A stretch of DNA of 64,000 nt. Origin: Selaginella moellendorffii (taxonomy: Eukaryota; Plantae; Lycopodiophyta). Below the pieces are notes generated by a model. It saw only the letters and a list, made by a program, of their open reading frames with translations, made no database searches and was not told the DNA's origin. The stretch's first letter is position 1. Each line of letters opens with the position of its first letter. Below are positions 13,106-22,680 of this stretch, one piece after another. The stretch covers positions 2,947,964 to 3,011,963 of the forward strand of contig NW_003314266.1 in assembly GCF_000143415.4 (NCBI RefSeq). The letters are read 5' to 3'. Made by a program: the position numbers and the translations under genes.

Positions 13106-14962
13106 TCACTCTACAAGACTGTTTAGTTGTTCCGTGAAATCAATTTGATCAAGCTGCTCCTTGGCCCGGTGGCTATCTCCATGTGTCTTGTAAGCACCCA
13201 GCAGCGTTCTCATTGCGACATCATCAGCCTCTACTGGCATGCCTTGGATCAATTCCTCGGCGTCTCTCAGCTGGCCAGCTCGAGCAAGCAGATCGATCAT
13301 GCACATAAAATGGTCTCGAACCGGCTGGATCCCGAAGTCTAGCTGCATGGACACGAAGAAGGAGCAGCCATCTTCGTATCGCCCCCCATGGCTGCAAGAG
13401 AAGATGACGCTCACGAACGTGATCTCGTCTGGATCAACACCTCGCAAGACCATCGCCACGAACAGCTCCAGCGCCTCCCAGAAGCAGCCGTTTTTGGAGT
13501 ACGAAGCCATCATCGTGTTCCAAGCGACGAGGTGGTTTGGAGCCGGGATTTGCTCGAACACCTCTCGCGATTCCTCCAGGTTCCCACACTTCGCATAGAG
13601 ATTCATGAGAGCGTTCCCGACAACGATGTCCCGATCCAATCCGGCCTCCACAACCGTGGCGTGGATAATCCGTCCTTCCACGATCGATGGAATGCTCGCA
13701 CAGGCGTCTAGAACGCCCACGTAGCTGAACTTATCGGGATGGAAGCCCTCCACCACCATTCTCTTGAAGAGTTTGAGCGATTCGACATGGCCACCCTCGC
13801 CAGAGCTCGAAGAAGCGTACATCGCGATCATGATGTTCCACGAGTTGAGATCCCGAGTGTTCATGGCATCGAACATCTCCCTGGCTTTGGAGAGGCGCCT
13901 GTTCTGCGCGTAAGCCGTGATCATCGCATTCCACGACACAGTGTTCTTCACGGGCATGTCTTGGAACACGGCCTCGGCATCTGCAAGATGCCCGTTCTGG
14001 GCATACGCAGCAACCATCGCCGTCCACGTCACTACATTCTTCTCGAGCATCTCCTGGAAGACTTGAAACGCTTCTTGGGCACTTCCACACTTCCCATACA
14101 TGTCTACCAGCGCGGTCCCCAGCACGACGTCGTACTTGTAGTCTTCCCCGGAAGCGACGATCGTGGAGTGGATGATCTTCGCTACTGCAATTCCCGCAGG
14201 CGCATCTAGAGCTTGGATCACACTCAGATATGACACCTTGTCCGGCCCAACTCCCTCGAAATCCATCGCTCGAAACAGCTCCAGCGCCTCTTGCATAAGC
14301 CCATTCTGGGCAAATGCCGCTACCATCGCGTTCCAGGCGACCACGTCTCGAACTGGCATTTGACGAAACAATGATCTTGCATCGTCAAGGTTGCAGGTTT
14401 GTGCGCAAGCAACCAATATCGCCGTCCAGGAAATGGCGTCCCAAAGCGGCATCTTACTAAACAGCGTGCGTGCCTGCTGCAAATACCCGTTTTGGGCAAA
14501 TGCGGAGATCATCGTGTTGAGCGAGTAGATGTTGGGTGTCTCGATGCGCTCGAACGCGGCGATGGCGTCGCCCAGTCTCCCACACTTTCCGTACATCTGG
14601 ACGAGGTTGTTTCCCAGATACGTATCGCGGTCGTAGCCGGTGAGCGCGATCCGTTCGTGGAGCCTGCGACCCTCTCCCAGTGCCTTGGCGCTGGCGCACC
14701 GCCGGAGGAGAGACCCAAATCTTCCCACATCAATCGCGTTCTTTCCAGAGTCGCGGAGGAGGAGCCCATCGATCGCCTGCTTGAGCTGCTCGCGCAAACT
14801 CTTGCCGCTTAATCTGGGCGATGCTGCTGCTGCTGCTGGTGGATGCTCGTCGTCGCAGCTTAAGTTCTTGCCCACCACTTGCCTTCTCACGAAATGGGCG
14901 TCAAGGATCGCTCTAGCTGGGGACAAGCACGAAAATCTTCTTCGCTGGGAAAGAGCTTGCAT
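13106..14962 (-). CDS. PLS-class PPR protein with (partial) E domain, putative organellar RNA-editing factor
   Basis: Intronless 618 aa. Repeated MYGKCG and VAWNAMV P/L/S motifs, E-like AEELIQGMP..TLLGA, no DYW. Arg/Ser-rich N-terminus resembles a mitochondrial presequence. Confidence 0.9.
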   Translation of the reverse strand: MQALSQRRRFSCLSPARAILDAHFVRRQVVGKNLSCDDEHPPAAAAASPRLSGKSLREQLKQAIDGLLLRDSGKNAIDVGRFGSLLRRCASAKALGEGRRLHERIALTGYDRDTYLGNNLVQMYGKCGRLGDAIAAFERIETPNIYSLNTMISAFAQNGYLQQARTLFSKMPLWDAISWTAILVACAQTCNLDDARSLFRQMPVRDVVAWNAMVAAFAQNGLMQEALELFRAMDFEGVGPDKVSYLSVIQALDAPAGIAVAKIIHSTIVASGEDYKYDVVLGTALVDMYGKCGSAQEAFQVFQEMLEKNVVTWTAMVAAYAQNGHLADAEAVFQDMPVKNTVSWNAMITAYAQNRRLSKAREMFDAMNTRDLNSWNIMIAMYASSSSGEGGHVESLKLFKRMVVEGFHPDKFSYVGVLDACASIPSIVEGRIIHATVVEAGLDRDIVVGNALMNLYAKCGNLEESREVFEQIPAPNHLVAWNTMMASYSKNGCFWEALELFVAMVLRGVDPDEITFVSVIFSCSHGGRYEDGCSFFVSMQLDFGIQPVRDHFMCMIDLLARAGQLRDAEELIQGMPVEADDVAMRTLLGAYKTHGDSHRAKEQLDQIDFTEQLNSLVE

Positions 14963-15097
14963 TCATCCTTCTTGAAGTTTGGTTGATCGCATATTCTAGA
15001 ATCTTACCTCGAGCTTTTCTTCCTGGAAAAAAACCCACACATTAGACCTGAAGAAAGAAAGAACTCTTCTACCTCGATCGATCTTGTCGAACTTTCT

Positions 15098-16113
15098 CTA
15101 GTCTTCAATGTCTTCGAAAAAGGATCCCAGTGTCTTTCGAAGCATGGTGAAGGATTTGTCTTCCTGGCACACGACTCTCACTCAGCACGAGAACGAAAAA
15201 AAATAAACTTGCCCACCTGAGATTTCTTCTTGACTTGTTCCTCGGCTGCTGCGATTTTGTCCGAGCAGCTCTTTTGCAGGTCACTCACAAGCGTTTTCTC
15301 CTTTTTCCCTGTAGAGAAAAAACACTTTAAGCCATGTTATAATCTGTGTAAGCGATAGCGTAGGACTCGCGGAAGTGGTTCTTACTCTGCTGCTCAAGTC
15401 GCGTGAGCAAGGCCTCTTTACCCTCTTCGAACTTGGAGAAAGTATCTGCAGTAAGTAGCATTACTCGACAGAAAGGAAAAGAGAAACGATTAAATGGTAC
15501 CTTCGTATGATCGAAGATGATCCTCTCTTTCTTTGCAGAACTTCTCGTAGATCGACTGGTACTTTGTGGCTTCGGCTTTTAACGATGCCTCGCACTGCGA
15601 CAAAGAAACAAAACAATGGAGCAAATTATTTGAGGAAGAACTAGATTGTTTACTTCTTTCGCCAGCTTCGTAGCAGCCTTGAGGAGAGTTTGCCTGAATG
15701 GATGCACGCAATTCGAATGAGAACGCACAAAACATGGATGAATACCTCTCCTTGTCGGATTTGTGCTTCGCTTCGTCCGCTAGGGAAAGAATCTCCGACT
15801 TGACACTGATTCATTCCACGCAAGATCTAAGCCACACCATACCAAAACACGCATGCAAACCTGTTGAGAATCTCCTCGTTCTTCTTCTGGCCATCAGTCT
15901 TCGCCTTCTTGCGCACTTGCTGGAGGGCCGTGAGAATACCCTGGATGTCGCTGCACCAAAAACAATCGATCGATCGATCCAATCGACTATAATCCAGACA
16001 AGAATCCCTCACCTCGACAGATCTAGTCCAAGATCGGCATCCGCGCCAGGAATTTCCCCTGGCGCCATCGCAGCGCCATCGCTCCTCGCATGCCTCTTCG
16101 ACACGGCAGCCAT
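15098..16113 (-). CDS. ASY4: ASY4-like meiotic chromosome-axis coiled-coil protein (multi-exon)
   Basis: Spliced translation: ...DLSR/SDIQGILTALQQVRKKAKTDGQKKNEE...CEASLKAEATKYQSIYEKFCKE...DTFSKFEEGKE...RKKEK...DKSFTMLRKTLGSFFEDIED*. Collinear with the Arabidopsis ASY4 sequence as I recall it (SDFKGIMSALQQ...DKTFSILRKTLGSFLE). Confidence 0.8.
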
Positions 16114-16124
16114 AGGAAGCGAAA

Positions 16125-16180
16125 ATTCCCGCCCAGGGCTCTTGAGTTTAAAATCAAACGGAGGAAAATCTCCCGCCAAA
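16125..16180 (-). promoter_or_regulatory. Two E2F-like sites and an MSA core upstream of the ASY4-like gene
   Basis: TTTGGCGGGA (minus; 16171-16180), ATTCCCGCC (16125-16133), AACGG (16157-16161), all within the 106-nt gap after the rpL14 stop. Confidence 0.55.
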
Positions 16181-16219
16181 TACCGGCATATTCTGTTAAG
16201 AGATGCCGGCATATACCTT

Positions 16220-16809
16220 CTACACGACATCGTCGGCGAGCGAGAGGATCTTCACGAATTTCTTCGCGCGGAGCTCCGCCGCGACGGGGCCATAGACGCG
16301 CGTTCCAACGGGTTCGCCCTCCTTGTTGATGATCACCACCGCATTCTCGTCGAACCGGATGTGCGATCCATCGCGGCGGCCCTTTTGCATCCTCGCGCGC
16401 ACGATCACGGCCCGGACGACGTCGCCCTTCTTCACCTTGGTGCTCTCCTTCTCGAATTTCTTGATCCTCTTCTTGCCGCTGGCGGCCTCCTTTACCGACG
16501 CCACGATCACGTCCCCGATGCTGCCTCCGATCTTGCGCGCCTTGGCCTGGATGCACCCGACGATCTTGGCGCCGGAGTTGTCCGCGACATTGAGCTTGGT
16601 CCTCATCTGGACGAAGCACCGGGTTTGCTGTGCCACACAAGAGATCGATCGATCGAGCAATGCGGGAGAAATTCGTGGGAGATCAAGAGTAGCACCTGGA
16701 ATACGGCAGGCCGGGACATGATCTGGTAGCCAGGATCGACGCGTAGCCCGGCAGAGATCCACACTCGGCTCCATAGCGCCCCGGTGGGCGCAATTCCTCG
16801 CAGCGCCAT
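16220..16809 (-). CDS. RPL14: Nuclear-encoded mitochondrial ribosomal protein L14 (HUELLENLOS-like), one intron 16628-16695
   Basis: [21 protein letters not shown]...[12 protein letters not shown]...RFDENAVV...GTRVYGPV L14 signature. Presequence exon 16809-16696 joins in frame through a GT-AG intron. Confidence 0.92.
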
Positions 16810-16880
16810 CGCCCTAGCAATAAACCCTAAACCTCTGGCAGGAATATTCTCGTCCTGTGCGGGGAATATACCCTTTAGCT
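16810..16880. promoter_or_regulatory. 71-bp divergent promoter (rpL14/OOP) with telo-box
   Basis: AAACCCTAA at 16822-16830 between two ATGs only 71 nt apart. Confidence 0.6.
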
Positions 16881-19800
16881 ATGGCGAGCGCCTTGCAAAC
16901 CAGCTGCCGTGTTCTCGGCAGAGCACACGCCCGTCGCGCGAATATTCCACGTTCTTGTAGAGCTATATTCTTCGCTACTAGGCTTGGGCCCTCCGTGAGC
17001 GCCTATACTCCATGCCAAGCGCTTCCAACGCGGTCTAGGGTTCCTCATTTGTGTTGCTCCGCCGGGACGAGGAGAATGGCGGCGCTGGCAATCGACAAGG
17101 AGCTAAATCCTCTCCTCAAGGGTGGATCGTTGCCTCTCTACGACAAGGTCGATGCAACGCATGTCGTCCCCGGGATCCGGCAGCTGCTGGAAGAACTGGT
17201 AATATTTCTCTGGATTCCACGATTGTCTTGACTTGATCGTGCAGGAAGCGGAGCTTGTCAAGCTGGAGCAAAATCTCAAGCGTGATTGGGAATCCCTTGT
17301 TCATCCCCTGGAGCGCATCACGGATCGATTGACTGTGACGTGGGGAATCGTTGAGCACCTGAAGGCTGTCAAGGATAGTTCCGAGCTACGCGCGGCTGTC
17401 GAAGAAGTACAGGTATCTCTTTCTTTGATCTTCTTTGCAAAAAAGCTATTCTTTCTGTCTTTCTGTAGCCCGAGAAAGTGGCCTTTTTGCTGAGACTCGG
17501 CCAGAGCAAACCTCTCTATAAAGCTTTCAAGGAGATTCAAGACGGACCAGGATTTAAGAATCTCACGGACGCTCAGAAGAGAATTGTGGAAGGTAAAATG
17601 CTAGCTTTTCTCCTGTTTCTCATCGATGCTTGCTTGTGAAACCTGCAGCTCGGTTGAAGGACGCCACGCTTAATGGTGTAGCGCTAGAAGGAGAGGAAAA
17701 GAAACGATTCAACGAGATTGAACAGGTATTTTGTTCTTCTCATAGTTCGGTTAGGCGTTTGCTGATGGTGTATGTGGTGGCAGGAATTGGAACTTCTTGG
17801 GACGAAGTTTAGCGAGCATGTTTTGGACTCGACCAAGAAGTATCAAAAGTTAGTCGTAGATAAAGCTGATATTGAAGGACTGCCACCCACTGCTCTTGGT
17901 TTGGCTGCACAGACGGCATGCTCAAAGGTAAAGTCGCGACTTAATCGCAACTCGGGACTTATTGTTCTCTTTTGTAAGGGTCACGAGGGTGCTAACGCAG
18001 AAAACGGACCATGGATGTTTACGCTAGACCTGCCTAGCTACATGCCCGTGATGAAATTTGCAAAGAATCGAGCTTTGCGGGAAGAGATGTATCGGGAATT
18101 TATCACTGTTGCCTCTGAAGGTGACCTGGACAATACTCCTGTGATCAACAAAATTCTGGAACTCCGCTTGGAGAAAGCGAAGCTACTTGGCTACAAGAAT
18201 TTTGCCGAGGTACTTTTTAGCGTCGAGCTTACAATCTGAGCAAAAACGCGTCTTTACAGGTCAGTATGGCTATGAAAATGGCAACAACAGAAACTGCTAA
18301 TGAGCTCTTAGAAAAACTTCGTCTCAGCTCATGGGATGGTGCTCTTAAAGGTGCTTCAACTATTATTGTTTCCTTGGTTCAAACAATTTTTGTTTCTTCT
18401 CCTTTTTTTCAGATTTTGAGGAACTAAAGTCTTTTAGTAAGTCCAAAAATGCACCAGAAGCTGATGATCTTTCTCACTGGGATCTAACTTATTGGAGCGA
18501 ACGCTTGCGTGAAGACAGATACGATGTTAATGAGGTAAATTGTATTCTAGATTTTCTTATATATGATTCGGAGGTCTACATTGTGTAGGAAGAACTGCGG
18601 CCTTACTTTTCGTTGCCAAAAGTAATGGATGGGCTGTTCAACCTTGCCAAATATCTTTTTGGCGTTCAGATTGAACCTGCAGACGGCATGGCACCTGTAC
18701 GTTTGTCAGCGTGTTTGTTGTTTCGCTTTAACTTGTTCTCTTTTTTCTTTTTGTGTTTTTTTTTTGTTTTTGCTAACAGGTCTGGAACAAGGACGTGAGC
18801 TTTTTTCAAGTGAAAGACTTGGCTGGTGAGCCTTTAGCTTTCTTTTACTTCGATCCTTATTCGAGGCCCTCGGAAAAGCGGGGTGGTGCTTGGATGGATA
18901 TTGTGGTGGGACGGAGCCGTGTCCTTGCACCCCGAGGCAGCTCTGTGCGCTTACCTGTTGCTCACATGGTTTGCAACCAAACGCCTCCTGTTGGAAATGA
19001 GCCTAGTCTAATGACATTCCGGGAGGTACGATGTCTTTGTTTTTAAAACGTATTTCAACTTTTTTTGTAGGTGGAAACTGTGTTCCATGAATTCGGGCAT
19101 GCGTTACAGCACATGCTCACTAAACAAGACGAAGGTTTAGTCGCAGGAATCCATGGTGTTGAATGGGATGCTGTGGAGCTTCCTTCTCAATTCATGGAGA
19201 ATTGGTGTTACGATAGGTTTGTTGATATTTATTTAAAAGTTTGTTTCTAATCATGCAAACTACAGGAAAACTCTCATGAGCTTTGCCGTGCACTATAAAA
19301 CGGGTGAGCCATTATCAGAGGATGTGTACGAGAAGCTCAAGGCCGCAAGGACGTTCCGGGCTGCATCTTTAATGATGCGTCAAGTAAGTATTTGCTTAAA
19401 AGCTCAGCTGACGACGCTGGTTTCGTTTTTGCTTGCAGCTCCACTTTGCGATGACTGATCTGGAGCTCCATGGAAGATTCAAAGTCGGTGGCTCGGAAAC
19501 AGTGTATGATGTCAACAGGAGAGTGGCAGAGAAAACTCAAGTCTTGCCCCCCCTTCCGGAAGACAGGTTCCTTTGCAGCTTTCTCCATATCTTCTCATGT
19601 AAGTGCCTTTGTTGTCTTGCTCATCTTTCTGAATGCCTTCTTGCAGCGGCATCATATGCAGCTGGATACTACAGCTACAAAGTAAGTTCTTGTAGAGTAT
19701 AAAGTTTTGACTCTCTTATCGTTTCTTACATTTGATTCATGCAGTGGGCAGAAGTTCTTTCTGCTGATGCTTTCGGGGCATTTGAAGAAGCTGGACTGGA

Positions 19801-20064
19801 CAATGAAAACGTGAGTTTCTCAAATTTACTGAGGATTTACTAACGCCTTATGTGCATGCAGGCGATCAAGGAAACTGGAAGGCGATTCAGAGACACTGTT
19901 CTCGGGCTTGGAGGAGGCAAACCTCCTCTCGAGGTAAATTCACCCAACAAAAAGTTCTCCTTCCAACTTGTCCATCTATCCAGGTTTTCAAGAGCTTTCG
20001 CGGCAGAGAACCTTCCACTGAAGCGTTGTTGCGGCATAGTGGTCTATTGGCTGTGGCATCATAG
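16881..20064 (+). CDS. OOP: Organellar oligopeptidase A (M3 metallopeptidase), multi-exon
   Basis: Exons give NPLL..., [31 protein letters not shown] (HExxH), [49 protein letters not shown]. Transit-peptide-like N-terminus. Confidence 0.95.
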
Positions 20065-20126
20065 GACTCAAAAAATTTCAATCACTCCAAAGGTTTGAGA
20101 ATCAAAAGTTTTAATCTTCTAATGGT

Positions 20127-22109
20127 ATGAGCAGTCAAGACCCAAGAGTAAGAGAGCTCTACAGGATTGAGCAAGGGGATATAGACTTGAGTGACCACTC
20201 CTATGGGCTTCTCATCAAGAACTTCACCTCTCCCCCCCACTCACTCTCCCTCGCCAAGCGCCTCCACGCCCAGATCTCCAGACGCGGCCGCGACCACAAC
20301 ACATTCCTCGGCAACTTGCTCGTGGACATGTATGCCAAGCTCGGCAGCCTCGAGGAGGCGAGCTCGGCGTTCCAGAGAATCCAGCAGAGGAATGTTTTCT
20401 CCTGGAACATCCTCCTCGCAGCACATAGCGCGAATGGGGATCTTGCAACGGCACAGAAGCTCTTCGACAAGATGCCCGTGAGAGATACCGTGTCCTGGAG
20501 CTCCATGGTGGGAGCGTTTGCACAGCACGAGCTTTGCGACGAGGCTGTTTCGTTGTTTCGAGAGATGCAGCTGGAAGGATCCAAGCCGGACAGGATAACT
20601 TTCATCAATGTGATCGATGCCTGTGCCGAGAAGCCGGCTCTCCAAGATGGAAAGTTCGTCTACAGCGTTTTGGCCGAAGATGGATTGGAATCCGACGTGA
20701 AAGTTGGCACCGCGCTGCTTAACATGTATGGGAAGTGTGGAAGTTTGCGGGACGCGGAAGCATTGTTTGAGAAAATGCCGGAGAGGAACGCTGTCTCTTG
20801 GAACGCACTTCTTTCAGCATATGCCCAGAACGGGCATATGGAAAGTGCGAGGGAAGTGTTTGGAAGTATGCCTGAGAGGAATGTGGTGTCGTGGACGGGG
20901 ATGATGGCGGGGTATGTCCAGAACGAGCTTTGCAAGGATGCACTGGAGCTCTTTCTCTGGATGGAGAACGATGGCGTGAAGCCCAACGAGAACACTTTCA
21001 TCGCTCTTCTCGATGCCTGCGCGAGCATGTCAGCTCTTTCGCAAGGGAGAGTTCTCCACGCTCGAGTCACTGCGGTGGGATTTGATTCCAAGCTCAAGGT
21101 TGGGACTTGTGTTCTTGAGATGTATGGCAAGTGTGGTAGATTGGAAGAGGCGAGAGTGGTGTTTGACAAGATGGTGAACAAAAGTGTGATCACCTGGAAC
21201 GCGATGATCGGATCGTACTCCCGGTTTGGACACTGGAGAGAAGCTCTGCGGGTGTTCTTGGCTATGGCACAGGAAGGAGTGACGCCAACTTGGATAACTT
21301 ACATCAGCGTTTTGGTCGCGTGTAGCCACTCGGGGCTCTTGAGCCAAGGGAAGGACTACTTCACTTCTATGAGGCGGGACTTTTGCATCGATCCAACAAT
21401 CGAGCATTACCACTGCATGATCGATCTCGTTGGCCGGGCGGGAACTCTTGCCGATGCTGAAGAACTCATCCACAACATGCCGTTTCATTCGGACTCGGTG
21501 ACTTGGGCGGAGCTCGTTGCTTCTTCTCGGATTCATGGAGACTTGCCAAAGTGTGAGCGTGCTGCCGAGAATACATTCGAGATCGATCCAAGGGACCCTG
21601 CTCACGTCATTCTGTCCAACATGTATGCTGCGGCTGGAAAGCCGGCCTTGGTGAGAAAGGTGCGAAGAGACATGAAGGAGAGAGGGGTGAAGAGTAGGCC
21701 TGGGTGTAGTTTTATAGAGATTGGCAACAAAGTTCACGAGTTTGTATCGGGTGACTCGATCCATCCCTTGAACGAGGAGATCCGGGCTAAAACTCGGGAG
21801 CTCCACGAGCGGATCAAACAGGAGCTTGGGTACGTGCCAGACACGAAGGAGGTGCTTTACGACGTAGATGAGGAGGTGAAAAAGAAGATGCTGAGTTTCC
21901 ACAGCGAGAAAATGGCTATTGCTTTTGGTGTTCTTGTGACAAGAGCCGGCACACCGCTGAGGGTCGTGAAGAACCTTAGAGTGTGCATGGATTGTCACAC
22001 TTTTACCAAGCTGGTCTCCAAGTGCCTTGGAAGAGAGATTATCATGAGGGATGTCAATCGGTTCCACTCGTTCAAAGGGGGTGTGTGCTCATGTGGAGAC
22101 TACTGGTGA
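20127..22109 (+). CDS. PLS-class PPR-DYW protein (C-to-U RNA editing factor)
   Basis: Intronless 660 aa. PG box (PGCSFIE), HSEK, CMDCH zinc ligands, terminal DYW. Confidence 0.95.
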   Translation: MSSQDPRVRELYRIEQGDIDLSDHSYGLLIKNFTSPPHSLSLAKRLHAQISRRGRDHNTFLGNLLVDMYAKLGSLEEASSAFQRIQQRNVFSWNILLAAHSANGDLATAQKLFDKMPVRDTVSWSSMVGAFAQHELCDEAVSLFREMQLEGSKPDRITFINVIDACAEKPALQDGKFVYSVLAEDGLESDVKVGTALLNMYGKCGSLRDAEALFEKMPERNAVSWNALLSAYAQNGHMESAREVFGSMPERNVVSWTGMMAGYVQNELCKDALELFLWMENDGVKPNENTFIALLDACASMSALSQGRVLHARVTAVGFDSKLKVGTCVLEMYGKCGRLEEARVVFDKMVNKSVITWNAMIGSYSRFGHWREALRVFLAMAQEGVTPTWITYISVLVACSHSGLLSQGKDYFTSMRRDFCIDPTIEHYHCMIDLVGRAGTLADAEELIHNMPFHSDSVTWAELVASSRIHGDLPKCERAAENTFEIDPRDPAHVILSNMYAAAGKPALVRKVRRDMKERGVKSRPGCSFIEIGNKVHEFVSGDSIHPLNEEIRAKTRELHERIKQELGYVPDTKEVLYDVDEEVKKKMLSFHSEKMAIAFGVLVTRAGTPLRVVKNLRVCMDCHTFTKLVSKCLGREIIMRDVNRFHSFKGGVCSCGDYW

Positions 22110-22394
22110 TTTGTATGTCTATGAAAGGAAAGAAATACAACCTCTGTTTGCCAATCAGGAGGAATGCAAAAGTATACACGAGAATCACGTCGACGTGAGA
22201 GATGCACACATTCTTGTGTATAAATGAGCTTAGCCAGAGATTCTTCAAGTTCGAAATGATCCACCGCCAGAGCAAGCATTTCCAGCCTTACTGAACGCAC
22301 TCATATTTATATTAGTTTAGTTTCCAAAATGGAGAAGCGTTTCCAAATAACTTCCTAATCTCTCAATGCTAAAGACTTCATCAAACTCTTTGAG

Positions 22395-22680
22395 GTTTCC
22401 TCTAGAAGTTATCTTGCACATTGCGGCCAACTTGCAGTGCACCTGAATCACCACCAAGCTCTTGAGCTTGCCCTCAAAAGTTGTTTTGCACATCTCCGCC
22501 AACTTGTGCCCAAGCTCTCCCCAAAAGTTGTTTTGCTCATCTCCACCAACTTGTGCCGCACCAGGCTCTTTGAGGTAGCCCCAGGAAGTTGTTTTGCACA
22601 TCTCAGCCAGCTTGTGCTGCACCAATCTCTTGAGTTAGCCCCACCACTAACTCCAAGCTCTTGACTTTGCCCCTAGACAT
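22395..22680. repeat. Degenerate ~50-60-nt minisatellite (minus strand reads repeated KSLVQHKLAEMCKTT-like units with frameshifts)
   Basis: Core AAGTTGTTTTGCACATCTC..CCAACTTGTGC recurs four times. Confidence 0.7.

Larger units (their letters stand above)
8325..14880. repeat. Tandem segmental duplication (unit 1 ~8325-11185, unit 2 ~11876-14880)
   Basis: Offset 3552 nt across the lectin gene and 3' flank, ~3695-3699 across the PPR. Near-identical sequence throughout. Confidence 0.95.

Noticed and set aside
15698-16729. 343-aa plus-strand ORF
   Set aside because: Antisense to rpL14 and ASY4 exons; non-ATG start and no recognisable domain.
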